Part shown: positions 1 through 9,276 of the stretch, piece by piece | How positions within the stretch are numbered: the first letter of the stretch is position 1 | How the letters are laid out: every line of letters begins with the position of its first letter | From: Thermoproteota archaeon | GTDB taxonomy: Archaea > Korarchaeota > Korarchaeia > Korarchaeales > Korarchaeaceae | Reading direction: 5' to 3' | NCBI GenBank assembly: GCA_027491435.1 | Contig: JAOZFG010000004.1 | Coordinates: 32,001-96,000, forward strand | Length of the DNA stretch: 64,000 nt | Notes under the pieces: generated by a model | Told to the model about the DNA's origin: nothing | Seen by the model: the letters and a program-made list of their open reading frames with translations, nothing else | The model's database searches: none | Made by a program: the position numbers and the translations under genes

Positions 1-1330
1 CCTTTACAGAGAAGCCTTATCAGAATTAAAGGAGCCTAGAGAGGTGGCTATCTTGTTTTACTCTTCAGACGGTTGGGAGTACTCATTACTGGCCTCTTAC
101 ATGGCTTTAATTAAGGGAGGAAAGCCTGTTGACCTCACGTACTTTGAAGACAATTTAACTGATGTTTTGAGGGGCTCCAAGTACTTGGTGCTGGTCACAC
201 CCCCCATCCATAAGGCTAACTTGGGTAGAGTTAAGCGGCTGATACGCCTGGCATCGTCGTTCGATGAGGACCCATACATAGACGTACCCTACGGAATAAT
301 GACCGGCCTTTCGGTGAGCGATGTATACAATATGGTTCTGCTGTCTGACCTCTACGCTAGAGAAAGGGAGATGGGAGGGATCTCCCTATACGACTCCATC
401 CCGCTGTTGAATAAACTCTCCTATATAGCTAGATCTGCCGGTCTTATCGTTAAAACTTTAAAATCAGATCCGCAGAACAGGAACATAAGTTATGCAGATC
501 TGAGGGGGTTTATGGAGGGGCGCTCCGGCATACTCTACGTGAACCTCCATGGAAACCCACAGGCTATGGCTCTAACTCAGACGGGTCCCCTTGTACTAGA
601 CTACTCCAACGTTCCGAACCTTAAAGGAGCTGTAGTTCTAACATTCTCATGTAACACGCTTAAATTCGAGGAAATAGAAGATCCTACAGCGTCCATAGCC
701 TACAACTTCGTGGCTAAGGGTGCGTCAGCTTATGTCGGTTCCAATAGGCTAGAATACCTCTACGGCAGGGAAGTAGGTACCAGCTATCCCGACATGTTGC
801 TCCTCCTCACTCTCAGGATGAACTATACGTTAGGAGAGGCCGTCATGATACTGAACAACATGCACATTAGGGAGCTCATGATGAAGGGGGTGAATAACAT
901 AGATGCGGCCTACGAAGTTCTAATTGGCGACCCAACTCTAAGGCTTTTCAGGGGGAAGAGAGCTCTAATTGAGGTCAGCCTCATAAGCCCCAACGAGTTT
1001 AAGGCAGTTCTGAAGGAGGAGCTCCCCTCCATCTACTTAAGCTTCGACACAAGGGTTAACTGGGACTCTATCAAGCCAAGAGTTGAGGTGAAAGGCTTAC
1101 CTTCAGTCTACGTAGCTTGGTATTCTGAGAAAGCAGGAGAAAAATCCCGTGTTCACATCTACCTAACCACATCCCTTTATGACTACCTCGGGAACTTAGA
1201 TCCTACTAACTTAATTTTTGTAAAAATAATTGAGGAAAGTCCAATAATTAATGTTCTACCATATGCTATAATACTCATTACGGTATTGTTAGTTGGGTTA
1301 AAAGTGAGTAGGGACGACCTTAAAAGTTAA
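1..1330 (+). CDS. C25 (gingipain-like) cysteine peptidase, membrane-anchored; 5' end outside the window
   Basis: NLHGNP (His), FSCNT (Cys) and IGDPTL motifs; C-terminal hydrophobic helix; frame open from base 2. Confidence 0.65.
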   Translation, partial: LYREALSELKEPREVAILFYSSDGWEYSLLASYMALIKGGKPVDLTYFEDNLTDVLRGSKYLVLVTPPIHKANLGRVKRLIRLASSFDEDPYIDVPYGIMTGLSVSDVYNMVLLSDLYAREREMGGISLYDSIPLLNKLSYIARSAGLIVKTLKSDPQNRNISYADLRGFMEGRSGILYVNLHGNPQAMALTQTGPLVLDYSNVPNLKGAVVLTFSCNTLKFEEIEDPTASIAYNFVAKGASAYVGSNRLEYLYGREVGTSYPDMLLLLTLRMNYTLGEAVMILNNMHIRELMMKGVNNIDAAYEVLIGDPTLRLFRGKRALIEVSLISPNEFKAVLKEELPSIYLSFDTRVNWDSIKPRVEVKGLPSVYVAWYSEKAGEKSRVHIYLTTSLYDYLGNLDPTNLIFVKIIEESPIINVLPYAIILITVLLVGLKVSRDDLKS

Positions 1331-1357
1331 ATAAGGGGAGGGGTTTACTTGAACTGA

Positions 1358-1431
1358 GCCCCGGTAGCTCAGCTGGTCAGAGCGCCGCCTTGGTAAGGCG
1401 GAGGTCGCGGGTTCGAATCCCGCCCGGGGCT
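1358..1431 (+). tRNA. tRNA-Thr(GGT)
   Basis: GCCCCGG/CCGGGGC acceptor stem, CCGCC-ttGGTaa-GGCGG anticodon arm, GTTCGAATCC T-loop; TTAAATA TATA-like box about 30 nt upstream; CCA not encoded. Confidence 0.97.
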
Positions 1432-1459
1432 CTCTTAAATTGAGTATGGGGTGTAAATT

Positions 1460-2062
1460 TTGGTTTTAGCCACGGCCCTCGGAGTAAAGTATAAGGAGGG
1501 AGTTGTGCTAGCTGCTGATAGGAGAGTAGCCTATGGCACGTTTATCTTAAGCAAGGCTGCTCGTAAGGTATTTTCAATCAACGATAAGGTGGGAATTTCC
1601 ACCGCCGGTCTACCCGGCGATTTTCAGGAGCTCGTAGATGCCATCAAATATAACATCTTTATGTATGAAATGGATGCTGAGAAGAAAGCCTCACCAACAA
1701 ACGTGGCAAAATTATTAAGCCTACTGCTCTATCAGGGCAGGTTCAGGGGCATCTACTACGCTGAGCTGATAGTCGGGGGAATTGAAGGCGGAGTTCCAAA
1801 AATATACGTGTTAGATCCAGCTGGCGGTCTCCTGGAGGAAGATTACGTGGCTGTAGGAACTGGAGCTCAAGTAGCAACTGGGATACTCGAGAGGTGGTAT
1901 AAGAGAGACATGGATAAGGCCGAGGCTGAAGACTTAGCAGTTAAGGCCATGAAAGAGGCGATAGAAAGGGATGCCCTCTCGGGAGATGGCATCGACCTCC
2001 TGATTATTGATAAATCCGGTAAGGAGGAGAAGTACGTACCCCTGAGATCAGTCTTGCAATGA
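1460..2062 (+). CDS. psmB: Proteasome beta subunit, probably the non-catalytic paralog
   Basis: GVVLAADRR, KVFSIND, AVGTG, RDALSGDG; N-terminus ATALG instead of TTTVG. Confidence 0.92.
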   Translation: MVLATALGVKYKEGVVLAADRRVAYGTFILSKAARKVFSINDKVGISTAGLPGDFQELVDAIKYNIFMYEMDAEKKASPTNVAKLLSLLLYQGRFRGIYYAELIVGGIEGGVPKIYVLDPAGGLLEEDYVAVGTGAQVATGILERWYKRDMDKAEAEDLAVKAMKEAIERDALSGDGIDLLIIDKSGKEEKYVPLRSVLQ

Positions 2063-2075
2063 GGGGGGGATTTGA

Positions 2076-3194
2076 ATAGATATAGACGAGGGAAGGCTTA
2101 AATCAATTCTGATAGACCTGGTAGGCATAAAGAGCTTCAGGGGCATGGAGGGGGAGGTTGTCTATTACTTAATGGGTAAGCTTTCAAAGTACTCCAGCAG
2201 GATACAGCATCAGCCTGTAAAGGACTGTGCAGGTAATGTAGTAGCCTACCTTAACGGTGATACAAAGGAATCCATACTATTCCTGGCCCATATGGATACA
2301 TTTGAGATATTCTCCAACTGGAAGAGGAACCCTTGGGGTGAGATAGAGGGGGACCGCCTCTACGGACTGGGCGCGTACGACGCCAAAGCCGGATTGGCAG
2401 CCATGGTAGAGGCCTTCATTACTCTGAATTCTATGAATCCGAGGCCTTCCCTCATCCTAGCCGCTGTCTGTGACGCTGAGGGGTTTAGCAGAGGCGCTTA
2501 CGAGCTGGTTAAGAGTGGTGTCCTGTCCAATGTGAAAGCGGCGATAGTGTCTGGCCCTACTAACATGAAAGTTATGAGAGGAGCTTACGGGAGGTTCGTC
2601 TTCGACGTGGACGTTAAGGGAGCAGCGGCTATAGGTACTGAGGAGGCGGGAATAAACGCTATAATAGAGGCGGCGAAGATAATACTTTGGGCTGTGAAGA
2701 TACCCAAACTTGACGGCATTGGCGGCAGCGTTGCTCCCCTTAACGTGAAGTCTCCCGAGCTTATAATCGCCCACCCTGACAGGTGTATGATCAGGCTTGA
2801 CAGGCACTACCCACCCGGTCAGGAGCCGGGCGTGGTTAGGAGGAAGTTCACTAACCTACTCAGGAAAACGCCTGAGCTGGCCGCTAAGGTGACTGTGAAT
2901 CTAATGAAAAGGCCCACTCCATTCATGGAACCCTTCGAGCTACCTGAGGACCACGAGTGGGTCGTTAAAGTAGCTGAAGCCGTAAAAGAGATTACTGGGG
3001 AAACTCCCAAGCTGGAGGTCTACCGTACGGTGTCAGACGCCAATTACCTCTACACTTTAGGCAACGTACCAGCTGTCATACTGGGGCCTAGAGGAGGGAA
3101 CCACCACTCATCGGACGAGTTCGTCGAACTGAGCAGTGTGTATGATTTAGCCAGATCTTTGGTCTCCTTAACCTCATCCGAACTTGAGGAGTGA
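2076..3194 (+). CDS. M20 (ArgE/DapE-like) metallopeptidase family protein with degenerate active site
   Basis: HMDT, LYGLGAYDAKAG, GP-x3-NHHSSDE; family-like N-terminus extends upstream of the ORF-track start 2145 to ATA at 2076. Confidence 0.8.
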   Translation: MDIDEGRLKSILIDLVGIKSFRGMEGEVVYYLMGKLSKYSSRIQHQPVKDCAGNVVAYLNGDTKESILFLAHMDTFEIFSNWKRNPWGEIEGDRLYGLGAYDAKAGLAAMVEAFITLNSMNPRPSLILAAVCDAEGFSRGAYELVKSGVLSNVKAAIVSGPTNMKVMRGAYGRFVFDVDVKGAAAIGTEEAGINAIIEAAKIILWAVKIPKLDGIGGSVAPLNVKSPELIIAHPDRCMIRLDRHYPPGQEPGVVRRKFTNLLRKTPELAAKVTVNLMKRPTPFMEPFELPEDHEWVVKVAEAVKEITGETPKLEVYRTVSDANYLYTLGNVPAVILGPRGGNHHSSDEFVELSSVYDLARSLVSLTSSELEE

Positions 3195-3208
3195 AGGGAG
3201 AAGAGTAG

Positions 3209-4318
3209 ATGTCGTCTGACGTCCTCTTAGGGATTCTATCATTTTGGGCGGTTCTCTACCTAATAACCCTTCCCCTAAGGTCCAAAGGGGTTAAAGTTTC
3301 CCTCTTTTACGTGGAGGTATCAACTAAGCCTGAAAGGTTGCCTGGAGTCTCCTTACTCACCAAGCGGGTAGGGCGTTTAACTAAGTACAGTCCAGCTATT
3401 TTGGTCGCCTTGATGTTTCTCTCAGCTTACTTCCTGTTTGACGTAACCTTTAGGTCCCTGATGAAACCCTCAGAAGCCACTCCGGCAGTGGTGCCAGTGA
3501 TACCAGGGGTTACGGTCTCGTTAGACGTTCCTATCCTCCTTTCTATATTCCTAACTTTATTTCCTCACGAGCTTGGACACGTCATATCCTCTCTAAAAAA
3601 CGGAATTTCTGTAAAAAGAATATCGTTTTTCATGCTATTTATAATCCCCGGGGCTTTTGTAGAACCAGATGAGCCAGCCATGAAAAGCTTGAATTGGAGA
3701 AGGAGGGTGGACATCTTCTCGTCAGGCGTATTAATGAACGTGCTTGTAGCAATTTTGGCTGCCTTACTGACTATAGGCATGTTCCCTGGATTTCCCAACA
3801 ACCCTTCAGGGGTATACGTGATAGAAGTTCAGAAGGGAGGGCCATCATATGGAATCCTGCCTAATCACGTTGTGATAACATCAATTGATCAATACGAAGT
3901 GAGGAACTTGGAGGACCTGCACGAGGCCCTTAAGAAGTACTCCCCAGGCGACGTAGTAACTATTAAGACGAATCGAGGGAACTTTAGGGTAAAGCTAGGT
4001 AAAAGTCCATATAAGGAGGGAATGCCCTGGATAGGGATAAAGCTCTCCCCATTCCCGTACTACAAGCCCCTAGTTCCTTTACCTCCCAACCTGTCCCTGG
4101 AGATCCTAAGGACTCTGATCCTCATCTCATTATTCAACATAAGCGTTGGAGGGCTCAACTCTTTGCCAATGTATCCACTGGATGGATATCATGTGGCTAA
4201 AGAGCTTCTAATCAAAAAGATAGGGAATGAGGACGTGGTTAAGGGCATACTGTGGTCATCTAGCATGCTATTTCTGTTATTGCTTGTGTACAACGCCCTG
4301 TTATTCTTCATAAGGTGA
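3209..4318 (+). CDS. Site-2 (M50) intramembrane metalloprotease with PDZ domain
   Basis: HELGH, GAFVEP, NSLPMYPLDG; PDZ-like segment; several TM helices. Confidence 0.92.
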   Translation: MSSDVLLGILSFWAVLYLITLPLRSKGVKVSLFYVEVSTKPERLPGVSLLTKRVGRLTKYSPAILVALMFLSAYFLFDVTFRSLMKPSEATPAVVPVIPGVTVSLDVPILLSIFLTLFPHELGHVISSLKNGISVKRISFFMLFIIPGAFVEPDEPAMKSLNWRRRVDIFSSGVLMNVLVAILAALLTIGMFPGFPNNPSGVYVIEVQKGGPSYGILPNHVVITSIDQYEVRNLEDLHEALKKYSPGDVVTIKTNRGNFRVKLGKSPYKEGMPWIGIKLSPFPYYKPLVPLPPNLSLEILRTLILISLFNISVGGLNSLPMYPLDGYHVAKELLIKKIGNEDVVKGILWSSSMLFLLLLVYNALLFFIR

Positions 4319-5325
4319 CTCTGATGACTAACCCCTACAAAGAGGCTTCCCCACCACTGAGAACGGATAAGCTAATAGATCTGGCCTTCAGAAGGGCCTT
4401 TAAGAGAAAACACAGTGTTAAGGGATCGAATATAGTTGAAATAGCTAGGGAGAGGGAGATAGCCAGAATAAGGTCCATGACTGACACTGTCGTTAGCAGG
4501 CTCCTAAACGTAGTCAAGTCCTTCCCAACGGTGGACAACTTACATCCCTTTTACAAGGAGCTGGCTCACGTGTTGGTTGACGTGGACAAGCTTAGAAAGT
4601 CCTTGGCAGCCGCTCAGTGGGCGGCCCAGACAATAAGCAGAGTCTCCAAGGTCTATATAAGGAGAATTGCCAGATCAGACGATCCAGACGTTATGGCTAA
4701 GCTTAGAAAGGAGTTTACCGGCAGGTTCTCATCGATACTTAAGCAAGTTTCAGAGAACATAGACTACTTGGCGGGCTCGGTGAACACCCTGAAGGATTTG
4801 CCAGACATTGACACGAACTTGCCCACGGTGGTCTTAGCAGGCATGCCAAATACAGGTAAGAGTACGATAATAAGGCATCTTTCATCGGCTGAGCCAGAGA
4901 TAGCGCCTTATCCATTCACCACGAAGGGCCTAGTGGTGGGCCATAGCGAGTTTCCAGGCGTAGGTAAGGTTCAGTTTATAGACACTCCTGGCCTCCTGGA
5001 CAGGCCACTGGCTAAGAGGAACTGGATAGAGAGGCAGGCCATACTAGCCCTTAGGTACTTAGGACGGCTTATCGTTTACGTTTTCGACCCGACGGAAACC
5101 TGTGGTTACACCGTGGAGAGTCAACTTTCCCTCTACAGGGAGATCTTAGAAGAGTTTGAGGTATCAGTGGTTAAAGTCGCAAATAAATCCGATATTTCGG
5201 AATTATTTTACAAAAAATTACATAAAATTGTTAGGGAGGCCGGGGACGTCATCGAAATGTCCGCCGAGCTCGGGGAGGGGGTTGACGAACTGAGGAGAGC
5301 CATATGGAGAGAGTTAAGAAAATAG
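4315..5325 (+). CDS. NOG1-family ribosome biogenesis GTPase
   Basis: LHPFY N-domain, GMPNTGKS, YPFTT, DTPG, NKSD. Confidence 0.93.
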   Translation: MTLMTNPYKEASPPLRTDKLIDLAFRRAFKRKHSVKGSNIVEIAREREIARIRSMTDTVVSRLLNVVKSFPTVDNLHPFYKELAHVLVDVDKLRKSLAAAQWAAQTISRVSKVYIRRIARSDDPDVMAKLRKEFTGRFSSILKQVSENIDYLAGSVNTLKDLPDIDTNLPTVVLAGMPNTGKSTIIRHLSSAEPEIAPYPFTTKGLVVGHSEFPGVGKVQFIDTPGLLDRPLAKRNWIERQAILALRYLGRLIVYVFDPTETCGYTVESQLSLYREILEEFEVSVVKVANKSDISELFYKKLHKIVREAGDVIEMSAELGEGVDELRRAIWRELRK

Positions 5326-6200
5326 CCTTCTTACTAGTTAAGGGGAGCGAGTTACCTAAGCTGGAAGTGAGCAGCTTACTGTCCAGGAAGGGCGGTAAAG
5401 TGATCTTCTCAGGTGATTTGGTAATAGCTGAAGCCCCTCACACACAATTTCATGAACTAGCCCTGGTGAAACTCGTTGGAGAGGTCCTACAAATATTTAA
5501 TAATATATCAGAAATAAACATAAAATTAAATGGAACATTCAGAGTTAGAGTCAAAAAGATGGTGAAGATTAGCGAGCCCTCTCCTAGTATTGAGAGAAGG
5601 GTCGCCGTTCGCATAATGGAAGTTAATCCGGGCATTAAAGTAGACCTTAAACGCCCGACAAACGACCTGCTTTTGATCATAACTGAAGAGTTCTCCGTGA
5701 TAATTAGGAAACTGTATGAGATCGACAGGTCTTGGTTCATCTTGAAGGACGTCTTCTTTAAACCATACAGAGAGGGACCTTTAGACTCCGAGACCTCTAG
5801 GGCCATCCTCAACTTGCTGGGGGTAACTCCTGGGTCCAGTGTGCTGATAACATCTAACTCCCCACAAGTGGCTCATGAGGTTATAGAGCTAGGGGCGTCC
5901 CCCTATCTATACGTAGACAGGCCTAAAGACGTCCATAACTCTTTAATTAAAGCAGGAGACGTAGACATGTTCACCGTGCTAAAGCGCATAGAGGGAAGCT
6001 ACGACTTCTTAATTTCCGAAAAGGTTAACGAAGAAGTCCTCTCATTGATAGACTCAGAGGGATTTGGTATGTGGGCCCTGATCTCCCAAAGTAAGCTAAA
6101 ATTAAATGCCTACCAGCGACACCTCCAGATCAAGATAAGGGGTAAGCCCATCAACTTGTACGTGGGTGGTCATGATGAGGATAAAATTCCTAGGCACTAG
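5304..6200 (+). CDS. THUMP-domain Trm11/Trm-G10-like protein with degenerate methyltransferase domain
   Basis: TFRVRV...KVDLKRP THUMP pattern; PLDSETSRAILNL resembles Trm11; DPFxGxG and DPPY absent. Confidence 0.55.
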   Translation: MERVKKIAFLLVKGSELPKLEVSSLLSRKGGKVIFSGDLVIAEAPHTQFHELALVKLVGEVLQIFNNISEINIKLNGTFRVRVKKMVKISEPSPSIERRVAVRIMEVNPGIKVDLKRPTNDLLLIITEEFSVIIRKLYEIDRSWFILKDVFFKPYREGPLDSETSRAILNLLGVTPGSSVLITSNSPQVAHEVIELGASPYLYVDRPKDVHNSLIKAGDVDMFTVLKRIEGSYDFLISEKVNEEVLSLIDSEGFGMWALISQSKLKLNAYQRHLQIKIRGKPINLYVGGHDEDKIPRH

Positions 6201-7086
6201 CTCAGCTGTACCTACTAGTGAGAGGGGGCTTTCAGCGATACTTGTCAAGGTCAGCAGGGATACAATACTCATGGATTGTGGTGACGGCACTCAAAGGCAA
6301 ATGATAAGGTCTAGGGAGAGCCCAGTGAGAATAAACAAGATATTCATCACACACCTGCACGGCGATCACTTCTTCGGCCTGTTCTCCCTTTTACAGTCGT
6401 TAAACATATTGAAGAAGAGGGACGATCTAGAGATATACGCCCCGGAGGGTCTCCAGGATCTGATTCATAAGGTTAACGAGATCACCATGTCTAGGGAGAG
6501 CCCCTTTGACATACACTTCTTTTCCATAAAATCAGATAAAGAATACGAGTTTTCAGGATATAAAGTTAAATTCTTTAAAGTAGATCACGCCGGCTTTGAG
6601 ACGTATGGGGTCAGAATAGAGGAGTCTCAGAAACCCGGAAGATTTGATCCGGAGAAAGCCGATGAATTGGGCGTTCCTGTGATAATGAGGGGGCTTCTTC
6701 AGAAAGGATTTTCGATAAAATTGCCCGACGGCAGGATAGTTAGGCCAGAAGACGTCATGGGCCCTCCCAGGAGGGGGGCGGTAGTAGTCTACTCATCTGA
6801 TACCCGTCCCACAGATAGCGTCGTCAGGGAGTCCAGGGGAGCTGACCTCCTAATCCACGAAGCCACTTACCTCGACGACCTTAAAGACAGGGCTATAGCT
6901 ACCGGACATAGCACTGCGTTGGAAGCGGGTAGGGTGGCTAGAGAAGCCGGTGTCAAGAAACTCGTGCTAACTCACTTCAGCGCCAGGTACAGAAAAGACG
7001 ACATGCCTAAGTTCTTGGAGGAAGCATTCCAGGAGTTTAAGGGAGAGGTGAAGACAGCAGAAGACTTTATGACGTTAGACGTTTGA
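6166..7086 (+). CDS. rnz: Ribonuclease Z
   Basis: FLGTSSAVPT, DCGDGTQ, THLHGDH, flexible arm, HEAT, THFSARY. Confidence 0.96.
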   Translation: MVMMRIKFLGTSSAVPTSERGLSAILVKVSRDTILMDCGDGTQRQMIRSRESPVRINKIFITHLHGDHFFGLFSLLQSLNILKKRDDLEIYAPEGLQDLIHKVNEITMSRESPFDIHFFSIKSDKEYEFSGYKVKFFKVDHAGFETYGVRIEESQKPGRFDPEKADELGVPVIMRGLLQKGFSIKLPDGRIVRPEDVMGPPRRGAVVVYSSDTRPTDSVVRESRGADLLIHEATYLDDLKDRAIATGHSTALEAGRVAREAGVKKLVLTHFSARYRKDDMPKFLEEAFQEFKGEVKTAEDFMTLDV

Positions 7087-7566
7087 TTCTTCCAACCTCT
7101 TACCGTATATGAGCTCCTGAGTGGAAGCTTCTCTGACTATCCTGCCCTTCTCGGTTCGGGGAGTTAACCAGTCGGCCAAGACAAAGGGATCCCCTTCATA
7201 CCTTATCTTCAACCTTATCGTGCCTAAAGGGGACATGGCGTCATCATCACACAACCTAACCTTCCCCACATAAGCTGCCTGCTTGTGAAAGAGCAATGTC
7301 TTAAGCCTACCTCTGGATGTTATGAGTAATGATCTAGCGGTGTCCAAGACCCTGTTGTTTCTAAACGAGCTTCTAAGCTTTATCAGGCTCTCATATCCCT
7401 CCTTCCTCACCACCACCTCCTTAATAACGTCCCCATATACCTCCACGTCCTCTTCCCTGAAGGGTATGATTGTCTGCATCGCTTTGATGACCTTGCCCTC
7501 ATCCTCAGTAGGGTAGACTAGGGCAGACATCTCTACCTCAATGAGAAGTTCCTTATCTCCCCCCAA
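7075..7566 (-). CDS. UPF0201/DUF54 putative RNA-binding protein
   Basis: VYPTEDEGKV, HKQAAYVG, SPLG, WLTPRT. Confidence 0.85.
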   Translation of the reverse strand: MGGDKELLIEVEMSALVYPTEDEGKVIKAMQTIIPFREEDVEVYGDVIKEVVVRKEGYESLIKLRSSFRNNRVLDTARSLLITSRGRLKTLLFHKQAAYVGKVRLCDDDAMSPLGTIRLKIRYEGDPFVLADWLTPRTEKGRIVREASTQELIYGKRLEESNV

Positions 7567-7946
7567 TGCCCAACCCTCTTCCTCACGAAATTATAGCTCT
7601 CTTCCACTCTTGGGGGTAGGCCTATGCGCCTATAACCTTTTCTAACACGTTCTACAACTTTAGCTCCTTTAGATTGTAGTTCACTTTTCAACATATTATG
7701 TATTTTAATTCCTTCATCATCAAAATCTGTTAATAATATAAAGATATATCCAATAAGATCACTCCTTGATATGATTAAAGATTTAATCTCATTTACGGTT
7801 ATTATGTTACCATATACACCAAGATTTCTCAGAGAAGACAAATCATTCCTCCCCTCTACCACCAATATGGCGCCTGACCTCAAGAGCTCATTGACTTCGT
7901 TGATCCAGGATACTAAGGCCTCAACGTCCAACTTATATTTCGTCAT
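7533..7946 (-). CDS. Small stand-alone TOPRIM-domain protein
   Basis: VVEGRND and LTDFDDEG motifs. Confidence 0.85.
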   Translation of the reverse strand: MTKYKLDVEALVSWINEVNELLRSGAILVVEGRNDLSSLRNLGVYGNIITVNEIKSLIISRSDLIGYIFILLTDFDDEGIKIHNMLKSELQSKGAKVVERVRKGYRRIGLPPRVEESYNFVRKRVGHWGEIRNFSLR

Positions 7947-8030
7947 TCTCCCAATTATGCTAGAGTCGAAGTATTCTTAATATAAGGCCCTTGACCTTAC
8001 ACGCGAAAGGGTCCTGCTGGAGGGGCCTAA

Positions 8031-9164
8031 ATGAGAATAGCATGTGTACTAGCCATAGCGCTGGCCGTTTTGCTACTAATGCCGCTACAGGCCGTAGTCT
8101 CATCACCTAAAGCTCAAACTCAGGCGGTTATCACAAATTTATTAATCCAAATGGAGTTGTTTGAAAATTCCACGGCCAACGTGGTGATAAAAGCAACCCT
8201 GACAGTAGATAAGAATTACACTGGTGAGATTAAGTCAATTGTTTTTCCTGTTGTTCCGTTAGGGCGTTATATGATGCTAGGACACATAGGTATAGCAAGA
8301 TATTTTAACATTTCATCCAATATAGAGTTGGAGAAGGTGGAGTATGAGGCGTTTGCAGAGGCCCTCTTGGTCAAGTTCAGAGAACCTGTCAAGCCCGGAT
8401 CAACGATCACTTTTAGATTCTTCTTCAGTTTAAAGCCTGATACGGTATTGTCCAGGGTAAAGGGCTCCAATAACTTCTATACATTCGCTTACATGTTCTA
8501 CAAACCTAACGTTACGGTAATCTCCGAAAAAGCCGCCATGAAGGTCTTCCTCCCACCAAGTTCGGCGGTTTACAGGACCAAAAGCGACAACTTGTTACTT
8601 CAGAACGATCCACTGTCTAGAAGACTTGTCGCTGTATGGAAGCCCTTTGGGGCCCCTTCAGGGGATGGCTGGAACTTTCAGCTGGAGTTCTTCCTGAATC
8701 CGGGATCGCTTAACAACAACATAACGGTGATAACCCCTTCGGGCGATAACGAGAGGGAGAAGCAACCGAACATCACTCTGTTAGAATTGACGCTTATCGT
8801 CCTAGTTAGTAATTCGGTCACCGGAGGCCTTGTCTACCTGGTGTTAAGGAGGAAGTTACCCCCTGAACCAGGTAAGTGGACGGACGAGGGGAACGACGTA
8901 ACCGAGGACGACATACTTAGGGCTTACGATTTACTCGAAAAATTTGATAAGGACGAGGAGACTATAATTAAAGTTATAGCCGAAAGGGGCGGTAGAATAG
9001 AGCAAAAGGAACTTCCAGACCTGACAGGATTCTCAAAGAGCAAGGTTTCAAGGGTTCTGAAGAGGCTCGATTCCTTAGGGGCCGTTAGGAGGGTCTCCTC
9101 AGGTAAGACCAAGATAGTCGAGCTAAACCCAGCCATACTGACCGTGCTCAATAAGGGGCAGTGA
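8031..9164 (+). CDS. Membrane-tethered winged-HTH protein (signal peptide, ectodomain, one TM helix, cytoplasmic wHTH)
   Basis: Hydrophobic N-terminus; several N-x-S/T sequons; TM ending VLRRK; GGRIEQKELPDLTGFSKSKVSRVLKRL. Confidence 0.8.
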   Translation: MRIACVLAIALAVLLLMPLQAVVSSPKAQTQAVITNLLIQMELFENSTANVVIKATLTVDKNYTGEIKSIVFPVVPLGRYMMLGHIGIARYFNISSNIELEKVEYEAFAEALLVKFREPVKPGSTITFRFFFSLKPDTVLSRVKGSNNFYTFAYMFYKPNVTVISEKAAMKVFLPPSSAVYRTKSDNLLLQNDPLSRRLVAVWKPFGAPSGDGWNFQLEFFLNPGSLNNNITVITPSGDNEREKQPNITLLELTLIVLVSNSVTGGLVYLVLRRKLPPEPGKWTDEGNDVTEDDILRAYDLLEKFDKDEETIIKVIAERGGRIEQKELPDLTGFSKSKVSRVLKRLDSLGAVRRVSSGKTKIVELNPAILTVLNKGQ

Positions 9165-9165
9165 G

Positions 9166-9250
9166 TGCGGGGGGTGGGATTTGAACCCACGCACCCCTAA
9201 GGGAGCGGATCTTGAGTCCGCCGCCTTTGACCTGGCTCGGCCACCCCCGC
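9166..9250 (-). tRNA. tRNA-Leu(CAA)
   Basis: Reverse strand GCGGGGG...GCGGA-ctCAAga-TCCGC, long variable arm, GTTCAAATCC. Confidence 0.96.
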
Positions 9251-9276
9251 CCTGCTATCTACTCCCTTGACCGATT

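Noticed and set aside
2073-2075. In-frame TGA before the M20 N-terminus as possible selenocysteine or readthrough
   Set aside because: No plausible upstream start or Cys-equivalent position, and no SECIS seen.
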